Source of the DNA: Octopus vulgaris
Taxonomy: Eukaryota
DNA length: 64,000 nt
Direction of reading: 5' to 3'
Assembly (NCBI GenBank): GCA_951406725.2
Contig: OX597816.1
Span: 163,122,001-163,186,000, forward strand
The notes under the pieces: generated by a model
Told to the model about the DNA's origin: nothing
Databases searched by the model: none
Seen by the model: only the letters and a program-made list of their open reading frames with translations
Position numbers and translations under genes: made by a program
Part shown: positions 13,876 through 26,207 of the stretch, piece by piece
Position numbering within the stretch: position 1 is the stretch's first letter
How the letters are laid out: each line of letters starts with the position of its first letter

Positions 13876-14489
13876 ACACACACTCTTTCTTTTTCACGAA
13901 AGAGAAAATCGAAAATCTGAAATTAGTTGGTGTTTCGTTTTAAAACAGCTTCAAGGCAGAATCTCAATACAGTCCGGATAGTTTACAATGGATTTTTCTC
14001 GATCTTGTAATAAGAATCGATTCACTGGTGTCTGGTTTTAGGCCAAGTGGTCTTGGTGATGTTATTAGAAGAAACTCCAAGATAAGTTCCACATATACGG
14101 CCAGAGGCAAAAATGTCTTGGAGAATTTCACTTACTATTAGTACGCGGGACTTGAGGAGTTACAACTCCGTAATATGCATATTCATACACACCATCACAT
14201 ATTCGCGCAAACGCACATACATACATAAGCACACGCATGCGTACACGACCACTTTTATTACACACGCGTGTGAGATGCATATATTAACGCATGTGAGACC
14301 CAAACGCATAAATAAAACATACACACGGCTGACGAATATACCAGGACAGCGCAACGATAAATAAATCTGCATATATAAATAAATGGATTTCTGTCACACC
14401 AAGGAACACAAGACGCCAGACGCATTAAGCAAAAGTTAAATGAGATGTTGCGTCGTTCATAGATTATCTAATTGTATTAAGGACATGTT

Positions 14490-14660
14490 CTTGTATTCTT
14501 TCACTTGTTTCAGTCATTTGACTGCGGCCATGCTGGAGACCTCAGGACTTATTCTTTGTTAGCCTAGTACTTATTCAATTGTTTTCTTTTGTCGAACCAC
14601 CAAGTTATAGGGACGTAAACACACCAGCATCGGTTGTCAAGCGACAGTGGAGGACAAATA
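14490..14660 (-). mobile_element. SINE A 3' part
   Basis: TTGTTTCAGTCATTTGACTGCGGCCATGCTGGAG...CATCGGTTGTCAAGCG. Confidence 0.85.
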
Positions 14661-14680
14661 TAGACATACATACATATATA

Positions 14681-15104
14681 GGCGCAGGAGTGGCTGTGTG
14701 GTAAGTAGCTTGTTTACCAACCACATGGTTCCGGGTTCAGTCCCACTGCGTGGCACCTTGGGCCAGTGTCTTCTACTATAGCCTCGGGCCGACCAAAGCC
14801 TTGTGAGTGGATTTGGTAGACGGAAACTGAAAGAAGCCCGTCGTATATATGTATATATATATATATATGCGTGTGTATGTTTGTGCGTCTGTGTTTGTCC
14901 CCGTAGCATTGCTTGACAACCGATGCTGGTGTGTGTATGTCCCCGTTACTTAGCGGTTCGGCAAAAGAGACCGATAGAATAAGTACTGGGCTTACAAAAG
15001 AATAAGTCCCGGGGTCGAGTTGCTCGATTAAAGGCGGTGCTCCAGCATGGCCGCAGTCAAATGACTGAAACAAGTAAAAGAGTAAAAGAGTAAAGAGTAA
15101 GAGT
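14681..15104 (+). mobile_element. SINE family A, full length (tRNA-derived)
   Basis: A box TGGCTGTGTGG, B box GGTTCAGTCCC, CCTTGGGC.AGTGTCTT motif, internal (TA)/(TG) tract, 3' stem-loop CAGTCAAATGACTG and (AGTAAAAG)n tail. About 24 full or partial copies occur in the window. Confidence 0.92.
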
Positions 15105-15359
15105 ATATACATACATGCATAGATGGAAAGAAATCCTATAAAACTCAACAATTTTGATAAAAATGGAGACGAAAAGATGTCAAAATATATATAAGAGAAT
15201 TTTAATTCATACAGGCGATCGTTTCGTACAGAGATATAAAAATAATGCAAATTCATGGTTGTATAGAATTAGTTGAATTAATTATATATTAGTGCAAGAA
15301 CTATAAACAAAATTTTTTACAAAGCAAAAAGCAAAATAGGATATATATATATATATATA

Positions 15360-15633
15360 CGGCAGGATTCTTTCAGTTTCCGTCTACCAAATTCACTCAC
15401 AAGGCTTTGGTCAGGCCGAGGCTATAGCAGAAAGACACTTGTCCAAGGTGTCACGCAGTGGGACTGAACCCGGTAGCATGAGGCTGGTAAGCAAGCTACT
15501 TACCACACAGCGGTTCAATTTTTTTTTGCCGAACCGCTACGTTACACGGACATAAAAACATAAAACTGGTTGCCACAGTATGGTGGGGGACAAAGGCATT
15601 GAAAGATCCACACACACATACACGCACACACAC

Positions 15634-15704
<71 letters not shown>

Positions 15705-15838
15705 CGACGGGCTTTCATTTTCAGTTGACCAAACCCACTGACATAACTTTGCTCGGCCCAGATCTATAACGCGCTGGGACTGAACCTGAAACCATGAGGT
15801 GAGAAAGCAAACTTCTTACCACACAGCCACGCCAGCGT
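15360..15838 (-). mobile_element. Two partial SINE A copies
   Basis: Reverse-complement head and body motifs TTTCAGTTTCCGTCTACC and CTTACCACACAGC. Confidence 0.8.
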
Positions 15839-15850
15839 CTAACAAACTGA

Positions 15851-16341
15851 CACTCCATCGGTTACGACGACTAGTGTTCTAGTTGATCCAATCAACGGAA
15901 CAGTCTGCTCATGAAATTAACGTGCAAGTAGCTCCACAGACACGTAGTTCTCGGGGAGATTAAGCGTGACGTAGAATTTTGTTTTTCTACTCTAGGCACA
16001 AGGCTCGAAATTTTTGGGTAGGGAAGGCAGTGGATTAGATCCACCCCAGTACGCAACTGGTACTTAATTTATCGAGCCGGAAAGGATGAAAGGCAAAGTC
16101 GACCTCGGCAGAAATTGAACTCAGAACGTAAAGACGGACACAATTCCGCTAAACATTTCGCCCGGCGTGTTAACGTTTCTGCCAACTCACCGCCTTGGAG
16201 CGTGACACAGAATGTGACAAGACTAGCCCTTTGAAATTACAGGTACATGAAATAAAGTGTCTTGCTCAAGGACACAACACACCAAAGGGAATCGAACTGA
16301 CAACCTTATAATCATCAGCCGAAATCCCTAACCATTTAGCT
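15851..16341 (-). mobile_element. SINE with family-C tail and CORE-like centre, interrupted by a SINE B (15978-16196)
   Basis: Tail shared with 16951-17339; minus strand has AGTTCGATTCCC (B box) and CCTTGAGCAAGACAC. The nested SINE B is flanked by the imperfect duplication AGCGTGACgtAGAAT/AGCGTGACacAGAAT. Confidence 0.8.
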
Positions 16342-16950
16342 AGCATCTACTCTGTTTCGAATAACTAATTAAAAAAGCTACTTTTAAATTCAAACTGTGC
16401 TGTTTCATTGGAATTTACTATATTTTGTCGCAATCAACACAAGGAATAGTAGAACCGACCGTTATTCTTCAGGGATTCAGAGAGAGGTGTAAGGAAGTAG
16501 GTACGCTATCTTTACACTGAAGAATTGCTCCGAATATTTCAACAAAATAATTGAAGCCATCCAAGAGTTAATTAGGTTTTAAAGCGAGTCTTGACAAGCT
16601 TCCAGGCAGTTTCCATATATCAACTTTCACTCGCAAAATGCTCTAACTGCATATCAGAAATAATTATTTATGTCTTCAGATGGCAAGGAAACCTCTTCTT
16701 CAACAGCATCCATCAGTGGTACTATGACATTTGTTGCGATTCAACAATAAAGCCTTGTAGTAGTAAATCTTGCAGGCTAGAAATTCCTGTTAAATCCCTC
16801 TCAAATTAAACACTGAAGTCTTAAAAAGCGGATACATTGAAAAATAGGATTCGAGATAAAATGTATCTACACCGATTGGTCATGTCTGGAAAAACTTTTG
16901 TAATAGTCATAGAGGATCAGAGTTAACCTCAAATACCCAATCACTACACC

Positions 16951-17339
16951 TGGACTGGAAGCACTCCGTCGGTTACGACGACGAGGGTTCTGGTTGATCC
17001 GAATCAACGGAACAGCCTGCTCGTGAAATTAACGTGTAAGTGGGTGAGCACTCCACAGACACGTGTACCCTAAACGTAGTTCTCGGGGATATTCAGCGTG
17101 ACACAGAGAGTGACAAGACCGGCCCTTTGAAATACAGGTACAACAGAAACAGGAAGTAAGAGTGAGAGAAAGTTGTGGTGAAAGAGTACAGCAGGGATCG
17201 CCACCACCCCCTGCGGGAGCCTCGTGGAGCTTTAGGTGTTTTCGCTCAATAAACACTCACAACGCCCGGTCTGGGAATCGAAACCGTGATCCTATGACAG
17301 CGAGTCTGCTGCCCTAACCACTGGGCCATTGCGCCTCCA
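16951..17339 (-). mobile_element. SINE family C, full length (tRNA-derived)
   Basis: Minus strand A box TGGCCCAGTGG and B box GTTTCGATTCCC; 12-bp TSD AATCACTACACC at 16939-16950 and 17342-17353. Confidence 0.92.
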
Positions 17340-17505
17340 CTAATCACTACACCATCACTGCCATTAAGAACTCCTCGTTTGATAATATTTCTACCATCTC
17401 CAATATCAGTCCATGCATAAGCATCAGAGTGAGTCTCAACAAGGTCGGTTGGATCTGCCATAAATAGCAACTCAATCCCTTCAAAATCACAAACACCGAA
17501 ACTAG

Positions 17506-17668
17506 CATTATTTACGTTATTTACATTATTTACATTTGACGGATATTTTGTCCTCGTGTTGTTTGTTGTTAACTCAACTTTTCGGCTGATGTACTCTCCA
17601 GCCTTCATCAGGTGTCCTGGAGGAATTTCGAACCTGGGTTCTCATACCTAAAGTATTTTTCCGATGTT
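17506..17668 (-). mobile_element. Hammerhead-bearing 3' module, left arm of head-to-head element
   Basis: Reverse complement of 19325-19460; contains the hammerhead at 17571-17616. Confidence 0.85.
17571..17616 (-). ncRNA. Minimal type I hammerhead ribozyme motif with two substitutions in the 3' half
   Basis: Minus strand GACAC-CTGATGA-A-GGCTG(GAGAGTACAT)CAGCC-GAAA-AG-TT-GAGTT. The sister arm reads GAAA-CG-TT-GTGTT, which restores stem I GACAC/GTGTT and the palindrome AACGTT. Confidence 0.75.
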
Positions 17669-17672
17669 GTTG

Positions 17673-17782
<110 letters not shown>

Positions 17783-17862
17783 TTACTATTACTATTATTA
17801 TTATCATCATCATCATTATTATTGTTATTGTTGTTGTTATTATTATTATTATTATTATTATT

Positions 17863-18311
17863 GAGTGAGAGAGCAGTTCATGCCATCAAAGTGACACGGG
17901 TAAAATATACGAAGCCCAATATACCCATCATGACTACCCGTCTGATAAGGGTACACCAGGCACATGCATCACAACCATATGTGCGAGACATGGTGATCTC
18001 ATATCAAGATAAACAGCACATGACCTTGCAGGTGGGGCCCAGTTAGAATTTTCTTGAGGTTGAGTAGCCCATCCCGCTCAAACGGTCCCTGAATAAGGGT
18101 TGTTTAAGGATGTTGAAAAAACCACCCATGTTTCCAGAGGTGAACTATTCAAACCCCAAAGAATCCCTCTCAACACATGGCTATGATGCTCCCCCACTAC
18201 TTCTGCTCGTGATCAGAGATGCACATATCGTCAGCCACTAAGGGACATGCTCAACTGGTTAAGGTCAAACAACTGACAAGCAAATCTGTGGTATTGAGCA
18301 GAATATTTGCT
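17863..18311 (-). mobile_element. Element D, 5'-truncated, in (TTA)n
   Basis: Reverse complement of the 3' ~450 bp of D; (TTA)n on both sides. Confidence 0.92.
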
Positions 18312-18314
18312 CAA

Positions 18315-18399
<85 letters not shown>

Positions 18400-18401
<2 letters not shown>

Positions 18402-18480
18402 CGTCAGGTCACTGTCTGGAATCGAACTTGGAACCTTGGGATAGGTTGCCTGCGCGCTTAACCACTACGCTGTATGCCCG
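18400..18480 (-). mobile_element. tRNA-like Pol III head followed by (AAT)n
   Basis: Minus strand GGGCATACAGCGTAGTGGTTAAGCGCGC...CCAAGTTCGATTCCAG: A box and B box at tRNA-like spacing, no intact acceptor stem. Confidence 0.75.
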
Positions 18481-18503
18481 TGGGCAGTATAATAATGATG
18501 ATG

Positions 18504-18594
<91 letters not shown>

Positions 18595-18596
<2 letters not shown>

Positions 18597-19137
18597 GCCC
18601 TGATGCAGTACCAGGCAGTGGCTCTCATGCCTTCTGATCTTAACTGATTGGAAGTGTTATCATGTACATTGTTTTGTCTTGGTATAAAAGATGGGCTACA
18701 ATACCACAGATTTGCTTGTCAGTTGTTTGACCTTAACCAGTTGAGCAGCATGTCCCTCAGTGGCTGACGATATGTGTATCTCTGATCACGAGCAGAAGTA
18801 GTGGGGGAGCATCATAGCCATGTGTTGAAAATGATTCTTTGAGGTTTCAATAATTCACCTCTGGAAACATGGGTGTTTCGTTCAACGTCCTTAAACAACC
18901 CTTATTCAGGGACCTTTTGAGCGGGATGGGTTACTCGATCTGAAGAAAATTCTAACTGGGCTCCACCTGCAAGGTCATGTGCTGTTTATCTTGATATGAG
19001 ATCACCATGTCGCGCACATATGGTTGTGATGCATGTGCCTGGTGTACCCTTATCAGACGGGTAGTCATGATGGGTATACTGGGCTTCGTATATTTTACCC
19101 CAGTGTCACTTTGATGGTATGCTCTGCTCGCCCACTC
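18595..19137 (+). mobile_element. Element D, full length, in (AAT)n
   Basis: Starts ATGCCCTGATGCAGTACC, the same 5' end as the copy ending at 63227; ends CCCACTC-(AAT)n; no recognisable ORF. Confidence 0.92.
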
Positions 19138-19183
<46 letters not shown>

Positions 19184-19212
<29 letters not shown>

Positions 19213-19323
19213 AAGAAGAAGAAGAAGAAGAAGAAGAAGAAGAAGAAGAAGAAGAAGAAGAAGAAGAAGAAGAAGAAGAAGAAGAAGAAGAAGAAGAAGA
19301 AGAAGAAGAAGAAGAAGAAGAAG
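19184..19323. repeat. Pure (AAG)n tract
   Basis: About 140 bp of uninterrupted GAA. Confidence 0.97.
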
Positions 19324-19324
19324 A

Positions 19325-19492
19325 TCGGAAAAATAGCATAGGAATGAGAACCCAGGATCGAAATTCCTCCAGGATACCAGGTGCATCAGCCGAAACGTTG
19401 TGTTAGCAACAAACAAGATGAGGACAAATATCCTTCAAATGTAAATAATGTAAATACTGTACATAATTCCTCATCTCTCAAGTATAGAACTG
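19325..19492 (+). mobile_element. 3' module, right arm of head-to-head element (CUGAUGA core deleted)
   Basis: GAGAACCCAGGATCGAAATTCCTCCAGG...CATCAGCCGAAACGTTGTGTT...TGTAAATAATGTAAAT, ending TATAGAACTG|TA. Confidence 0.85.
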
Positions 19493-19705
19493 TATTACCA
19501 AAACTAGCGTAACATCCACATCTTATTCAGATTACCCCCAACTGCCTGAAAAGAGGAGGGCACACTGGGTGATATGGTTCTAGATACATTCTAGATACAT
19601 TCTGCCATCTCAACCAGGATTATGAGCCATCGAGAGAGCCTCAACATGGTTGATTGTATCTGCCGTGTATAGCAGCCAAATCTTTACAAATCACAACTAG
19701 GATAG

Positions 19706-19877
19706 CCGTCATCGTCGTCATCATCAGCATCATCATCGTCATCATGATCATCATCGTCATCATCATCATCGTCATCATGATCGTCGTCGTCGTTATCATT
19801 GTCGTCATCATCATCGCCTTCGTCGTCATCTACATACTCGTCGTGATCACTATCTTTGTCATCCATCATCATCCTCA

Positions 19878-19925
<48 letters not shown>

Positions 19926-20183
19926 TCATCATCCTCCTCTTCCTCGTCATCATCATCATGTCGTCATCATCCTTATCATTATCATCACCATCATCATCAT
20001 CATAATCATCATGAACATCATCATCATCATCATTGTCATCAATCATTATCCTCATCGTCGTCGTCATAATCATCATCACCATCATTATTATCATTATCAT
20101 CATCATCGTCGTCGTCGTCATCATCATCCTCCTCTTCCTCGTCATCATCATCATGTCGTCATCATCCTTATCATTATCATCAC

Positions 20184-20216
<33 letters not shown>

Positions 20217-20382
20217 AATCATCATCAACATCATCATAATCATCATCACTGTCATCATCATCATCATCGTCATCATCATCAGCGTCGTTGTCGTCGTCAT
20301 CACGTTCAGCAGCATAAGCGTCGTCACCACTCTCATCATCATCATCATCATCACCACCATCACCACCATCATCATCACCATT
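19706..20382. repeat. Compound (CAT)n/(CGT)n microsatellite with an internal ~90-bp duplication
   Basis: CCTCCTCTTCCTCGTCATCATCATCATGTCGTCATCATCCTTATC occurs at about 19933 and 20128. Confidence 0.92.
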
Positions 20383-20828
20383 CAACCATAGTGCAAAAAT
20401 AAAAAAGCAAAAAAAAAAAAGCGAAATGGCATCCACTTCTTAAATTACGTTAAGTCGGAAGCTACAGACAGGCGAAATGCAAAAATCAAAAAGTAAAATA
20501 AATAAAAAAAAAAAAACACCGCACACACACTCACATACCATGTGGGTGGTCTGTCTATCCCAGATGGTTGTAGTGTTTCGTAAGAGTGGCAGTGTAAGGA
20601 GATTAAAAATATAAGAGGGTTTTAGCGGTGTGGGCGGTGGTATATGAGTTTCTTACGCAGCGGGTGGCAGCCAAATATGGCGGCACATTGTAGCTGTGAC
20701 TGACGAACGCAGATGAGTTGTCTTCTTGCTGTTCGTACAGTTGTCACACTTTCTTTCCTGTTTCTTTCTTTTTCTTTCTGTTTCTAAGCTGTTCCATTCC
20801 GAAATATTCTTTGCCATTTATTTACTAA

Positions 20829-21214
20829 CTAGCAGTATCGCCCGGCGTTGCTCAGGTTTGTAAGGGAAATAACTATAAAGCATTTTTAGAGAGTTATAGC
20901 CCAAAAAATAGCAAAAAAATGGAAAAAAAATTATGGTAAATTTTTTTTGAGAGTTAAAAAAGGTCGAGTTGCGTCCCCTAGACAGTCTGTGGTTTGTGTT
21001 TCTGATTCTCGACCCCATGTCGAATTTATCGATTTTTTTCAGAACTGGGGGAACTTTTCAAAATTTTCGCTGCGTTAGTTTTGAATTATGACATTGGGCT
21101 ATGCGTGTGTCAAGTTTCATCAGAATCGGTTGAAAGCCGTGGTCAGGGTGAGGGTACAAGCAAACAGACACACAGAAACACGCACAGACAAACTGCCATT
21201 TATATAGAGAGAGA
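20829..21214 (-). mobile_element. Non-autonomous Helitron with a variant 5' half
   Basis: Same hairpin-CTAG 3' end as 13423-13450; A|TC 5' end on minus; different internal sequence. Confidence 0.85.
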
Positions 21215-21364
21215 TATGGAAAACAAAAGAAGAAAAGAAAGGAAAAAACAAAGCTGAAGAACAAGAAAAAAAAAAAAAAGGAAAAAAAAACAATGAACGA
21301 AAAATTTGTTGGCACCGATCTTTATTTCTTTCATTCCTGATAAAGGAAACCATTGTAGATTTTC

Positions 21365-21609
21365 TTCATCGTCGCCATCGTCACCACCGACATCGGCACC
21401 ATCACAAACACCAACGTCATCATCATCCCCATCATCATCGTCGTCGTCATCATCATCATCTTCGTCATCGTCATTATCATCATCGTCGTTATCTTCGTTA
21501 TCATCGTCGTAATCATCATCATCGTCATTATCATCATCTTCGTCATCATCATCATCATCATCGTCGTCGTCATCATCGTCATCGTCATCATAAGCATCAA
21601 CATCGTCAA

Positions 21610-21640
<31 letters not shown>

Positions 21641-21738
21641 GTCGTCGTCATCGTCATCACTGTCGTCACCATCGTCATCATTGTCATCATCATCATCATC
21701 ATCATCATCATAATCATCATCATCGTCATCATCATCAA
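21365..21738. repeat. (CAT)n/(CGT)n microsatellite
   Basis: Directly visible. Confidence 0.95.
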
Positions 21739-22483
21739 CGTAGTCATGACCCCAGCCCTATCTCCAATGCCCATTCGCCACCATTGTTCCCATTCCAGTT
21801 ACATTTCAACCTCTGTTTACAAATAAAACAACAAACACAGATACACAGCAATAACAATAACAAAACAAAAGCAAAGACAAATCGATCCACACAAATCAAA
21901 AAATACAAACAAAATATAAAGGTTATTTTGTGTGTGTTTTTCTTTTCTAGTTTTATGCACTGTTGTTGCTCTTCTTGCTGTTGACGTCTTTATCGTAGAT
22001 CATAAATTTAGATCCGATGCAGAAAGATTAAACCATATTTTTCTTGGACGGTGATTCTCTTTACATAAAGAGCCAGTCGACATTGGATTCCAGTCCAGTT
22101 TAAAGGGTTTTAATCAATCTTCATCGCCGTCAGCGTCGACGTTCAACTCCTACTCATTCCCCTCCTCCTTTTCCTCCTCTTCCCCCTCTTCCTCCTCTTC
22201 TTCCTCTTCCCCTTCTTCCTCCTCTTCTCCCCTCCCCTCCAATTTTAGCAAGCCGGGCAAAATGCTTAGCGACATTTCGTTCGTCTTTACGTTCCGAATT
22301 CAACCTGGATAAGTCGTTTACATCGACCCTAGTGCGCAACTGGTATCTCTTTTCTCGATTTCGAAAGGATTAAAGGCAAAGTCGACCTGGGAGTAATTTT
22401 GATCAAAAAAAAAAAAAACGAAAAGGCAAACGAAATACCGCTAAGCATTTTGCACGGCGTTCAAGCGATTCTGCCAAACAAAA

Positions 22484-22494
22484 TAATAATGATG

Positions 22495-22573
<79 letters not shown>

Positions 22574-22577
22574 TAAC

Positions 22578-22618
<41 letters not shown>

Positions 22619-22734
22619 TAATAACAATAATAATAATAATTATAATAATAATAACAATAACAATAATGATAATAATAATAACAACAACAACAACAATAAT
22701 ATTAATAATAATAATAATAGTAATAAAAATAAAA

Positions 22735-22799
<65 letters not shown>

Positions 22800-22875
22800 T
22801 AATAATAATAATAATAATAATAACAACAACAACAATAATAATAATAATAATAATAATAACAACAACAACAACAAC

Positions 22876-22950
<75 letters not shown>

Positions 22951-22967
22951 TAGTGATAATGATAATA
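22484..22967. repeat. (TAA)n array
   Basis: Directly visible. Confidence 0.95.
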
Positions 22968-23423
22968 ATGGACGAAAAGAGGCAGGCAAAAATCCTCTGC
23001 GACTTTGACTTTCAGAAAGACAAGGTGTTAGAGCACCGAAGGCAGGATATTGTAACCTTTAGAAGGGACAAACGAGAATGCCTAATTAAACGATGTGACA
23101 GTGCCAGGAGATCAACATATCACGAAAGAAAGAGAAAAGATCGATAGATATGGATACCTGAGAATTGAGATTGTTACGTTCTGAGTTCAAATTCCGCCGA
23201 GGTCGACTTTGCCCTTCATCCTTTCGGGGTCGATTAAATAAGTACCAGTAACGCACAGGGGTCGATATAATCGACTTAATCCATTTGTCTGTGCTTGTTT
23301 GTCCCCTCTGTGTTTAGCCCCTTATGGGTAGTAAAGAAATAGAGAATTGAGATTGCTAATATGTGACAGCTACGAGAATCAAACATAATGGTTGTCGCTG
23401 TTGTCATAGGAGCACTGGGTCTA
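22968..23423 (+). mobile_element. R4/Dong-type LINE endonuclease-domain fragment split by SINE B (23174-23341)
   Basis: KILCDFDFQKDKVLEHRRQDIV...DVTVPGD...EKIDRY...VVAVVIGALG across frameshifts; SINE TSD GAGAATTGAGATTG at 23160 and 23342; begins directly after (TAA)n. Confidence 0.8.
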
Positions 23424-23426
23424 CAC

Positions 23427-24018
23427 TTACAGAGGAACCATCCACTCTTGCCATTTTCGTAACTTTCACCTACCCTTCAATAAAATCACTCGAAGACTGC
23501 ACTTCTCTCTCCATTCTCAATTTCCTTTCCAAGTTAAACTTGAAGAAGAAGTCAATGAGAGCTCTATCAAAGAGGAATGTGTCTGTCCTCATGCTTTTCA
23601 GCCTTGTCCTACAAACAACCTCTTTCGCCACAGCCACGAAGCAAAGGAAAATTGCATTACATGCCCGATTGAAGGAGTGCAGCGGTGCGATCATCACTAC
23701 AGACTCGACCGATAGATGGAACCCTCCCACACGTGACAGCAGCTGTTCGCCATTACTCCACAACTCAGCAATGGCCGGAGACTGAAGTGGGGTAAGCAGA
23801 ACAGTTTCGTCACACTACCCGCACCTCGGACAAGCCCTTCTGACAGCACAGCCATGCCTGTAGAGTCAATCTCGAACAGGTAGCGCCCCACCCCACCCCG
23901 GTAGCACTGCCAGGTCAAAGACATTTGGAAATAATCCATGATAGTTCCCGACCGGAAACTGCTCCGGAACAGTCTAGCCACTTTCTCCTCGTCGGCGCCC
24001 AGAATCTCCTCGGGAAAA
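23427..24018 (-). mobile_element. L1/Tx1-type ORF2 C-terminal fragment related to 9771-10790
   Basis: LLSRVGGFHLSVESVV versus LLSRVGRIRLSVESIV; FFKFNLERKLRMEREV versus FFKYHLRRKVRIERQV. Confidence 0.85.
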
Positions 24019-24020
24019 TC

Positions 24021-24388
24021 TGGCTATCATAGCTTTTGTTCTTAACTTTCTGGAAGTGTTATCATGTGCATTGTTTTGTCTTGGTATAAAAGATGGGCTA
24101 CAGCAAAGATTCTGCATAATACCACAGATTTGCTTGTCAGATGTTGAACCTTAACCACTTGAGCATGTCACTTAGTAACTGACGAAATATGCATCTCTGA
24201 TCACAAACAGTAGTGGGTGGGGCAGCATAGCCATGTGTTGAGAGTAATTTCATTGGGGTTTGGATAATTCACCTTTGGAAACATGGTTAGTTTCGTTCAA
24301 CATCCTTTTGAGCGCGATGGGCTATTCAACTGGAAGAAAATTCTACTTGGGCCCCACCTGCAAGGTCATGCACTGATTATCTTGATAT
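24021..24388 (+). mobile_element. Element D, diverged, 3' end lost
   Basis: GGAAGTGTTATCATG...GGTATAAAAGATGGGCTACAG...GGCCCCACCTGCAAGGTCATG. Confidence 0.88.
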
Positions 24389-24389
24389 G

Positions 24390-24648
24390 TGGGCATGTGT
24401 CTTCTACTGTTGTCTCGGGCCGACCAAAGCCTTTTGAGTGGATTTGGTAGACAGAAACTGAAAGAAGCCAGTCATTTATTGTGTGGTGCATAGTTTGCTT
24501 ACCAACCACATGGTTCCCGGTTCAGTCCTACTGCGTGTAACCTTGAGCAAGTGCCTTCTACTATAGCCTCGGGCCGACCAAAGTCTTGTGAGTGGATATA
24601 GTAAATGGAAACCGAGAGAAGCTCGTCGTATATACACACGCACACACA

Positions 24649-24726
<78 letters not shown>

Positions 24727-24960
24727 GTATGTATATGTATATGCGTGTATATGTTTGTGTCTGTGTTTGCCCCCTCCACCATCGCTTGACAACTGATGCT
24801 GATGTGTTTACAACGCGTGACTTTGCGGCTCAGCAAACTGACCGATACAATAAGTACTAGGCGTACAAAGAATAAGTGCTGGAGTCGATTTGCTCAACTT
24901 AAGGTGGTGCTCCAGCATGGCCGCTGTGAAATGCCTGAAACAAGTAAAAGGATAAAAGAA
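24390..24960 (+). mobile_element. SINE A fragment followed by a near-full SINE A
   Basis: Family A head, body and tail motifs. Confidence 0.85.
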
Positions 24961-25176
24961 TATATGTCTGTACATATATGTGTTTGTGTGTGTACACTGA
25001 TTAATAATTAATAGCAAAATAATTAAACACATCCCCTCAGTTCATACATATCCATATACGTATATGTGTGTGTGCGTCTGTGTGCGTTTATAAGTAAATG
25101 CATCCTGTTTATGAATGTATACATACATCTGCATAAATATCTGTATGTATGTTTATTCATATATTATATATATACA

Positions 25177-25227
<51 letters not shown>

Positions 25228-25231
<4 letters not shown>

Positions 25232-25279
25232 GTTTACATATTTGTGTGCGTATTTATGTATGTATGTATGCATGTATGC

Positions 25280-25349
<70 letters not shown>

Positions 25350-25425
25350 GTTTACATATTTGTGTGCGTATTTATGTATGTATGTATGCATGTATGCATG
25401 TATATATATATATATATATATATAT
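25228..25425. repeat. Tandem duplication of a ~118-bp microsatellite-rich unit
   Basis: AAATGTTTACATATTTGTGTGCGTATTTATG-(TATG)n-(TA)n occurs twice. Confidence 0.9.
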
Positions 25426-25964
25426 GCTTTCACCGAAGCTCTGGTGCACCGAAAACATAAGAAATATTGTTAATCATATCAATTACCAACATGGCGGATG
25501 ACGTTATTCTCTCTTATGATCAGTTCCTCTTACATAAAAGTGCATGCGTTTTTAATTTTGTTTCTATCTTTGTTTGTTTCACTTTTTTTTTCAGTGTTCT
25601 TTTACTAGAGTATTAATTTCGTTGTCCTTTTAGCTTGAACCTGCCTCATCTGCTTAATGACGTTGATTAATGCAACAGAAAATGCGAATAATATTATTTA
25701 ACATCATTAACACTATTAAGAATTTTACAGCCAGCATCTATCACTCCGCCATTTTTGCCGTTTTGCTTTGTTAAAACTAAAACATGTTCTCGGTTCTTGA
25801 TATGAAAAATACTTTTTTTTTTGTACTTTTCGGTGCCCTCCCCCCACCGCTGTTGTTTTCTGTTTCCGCCCACTTTGTCTTTCGAAATATGTATATATTT
25901 AATCTACTCATATACGTACGCGCGCACACCCATACGTAAATAAATAGGTAGATATTTATTATTC

Positions 25965-26086
25965 TTATACAAGAATGTTGTGGACAGTGACTTCGAAGTT
26001 TTGTCCAGTTAAACTATCTTTGGTAGTATTATGAAGGCTTAACTGGCCGAAACTTTGAAGTCACTATTAACAACATTCTTGTATAA
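25965..26086. repeat. Inverted repeat with 48-bp arms and a hammerhead relic
   Basis: Arms 25965-26012 and 26039-26086 are reverse-complementary with several mismatches; the right side reads ATGA-A-GGC-TTAACTG-GCC-GAAAC. Confidence 0.85.
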
Positions 26087-26174
26087 TAATAATGGAGCTG
26101 TACTCTACAAGTGCATAGAGTAACCCATTAGACTAAACATTGTTTTTTATTGTAACTAAACATAAAAATAACAT

Positions 26175-26207
<33 letters not shown>

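Noticed and set aside
15050-15085. SINE A tail AGTC-AAAT-GACT-GAAAC-AA-GTA resembling a hammerhead 3' half
   Set aside because: No CUGANGA precedes the stem in any copy; better explained as a LINE-type 3' stem-loop.
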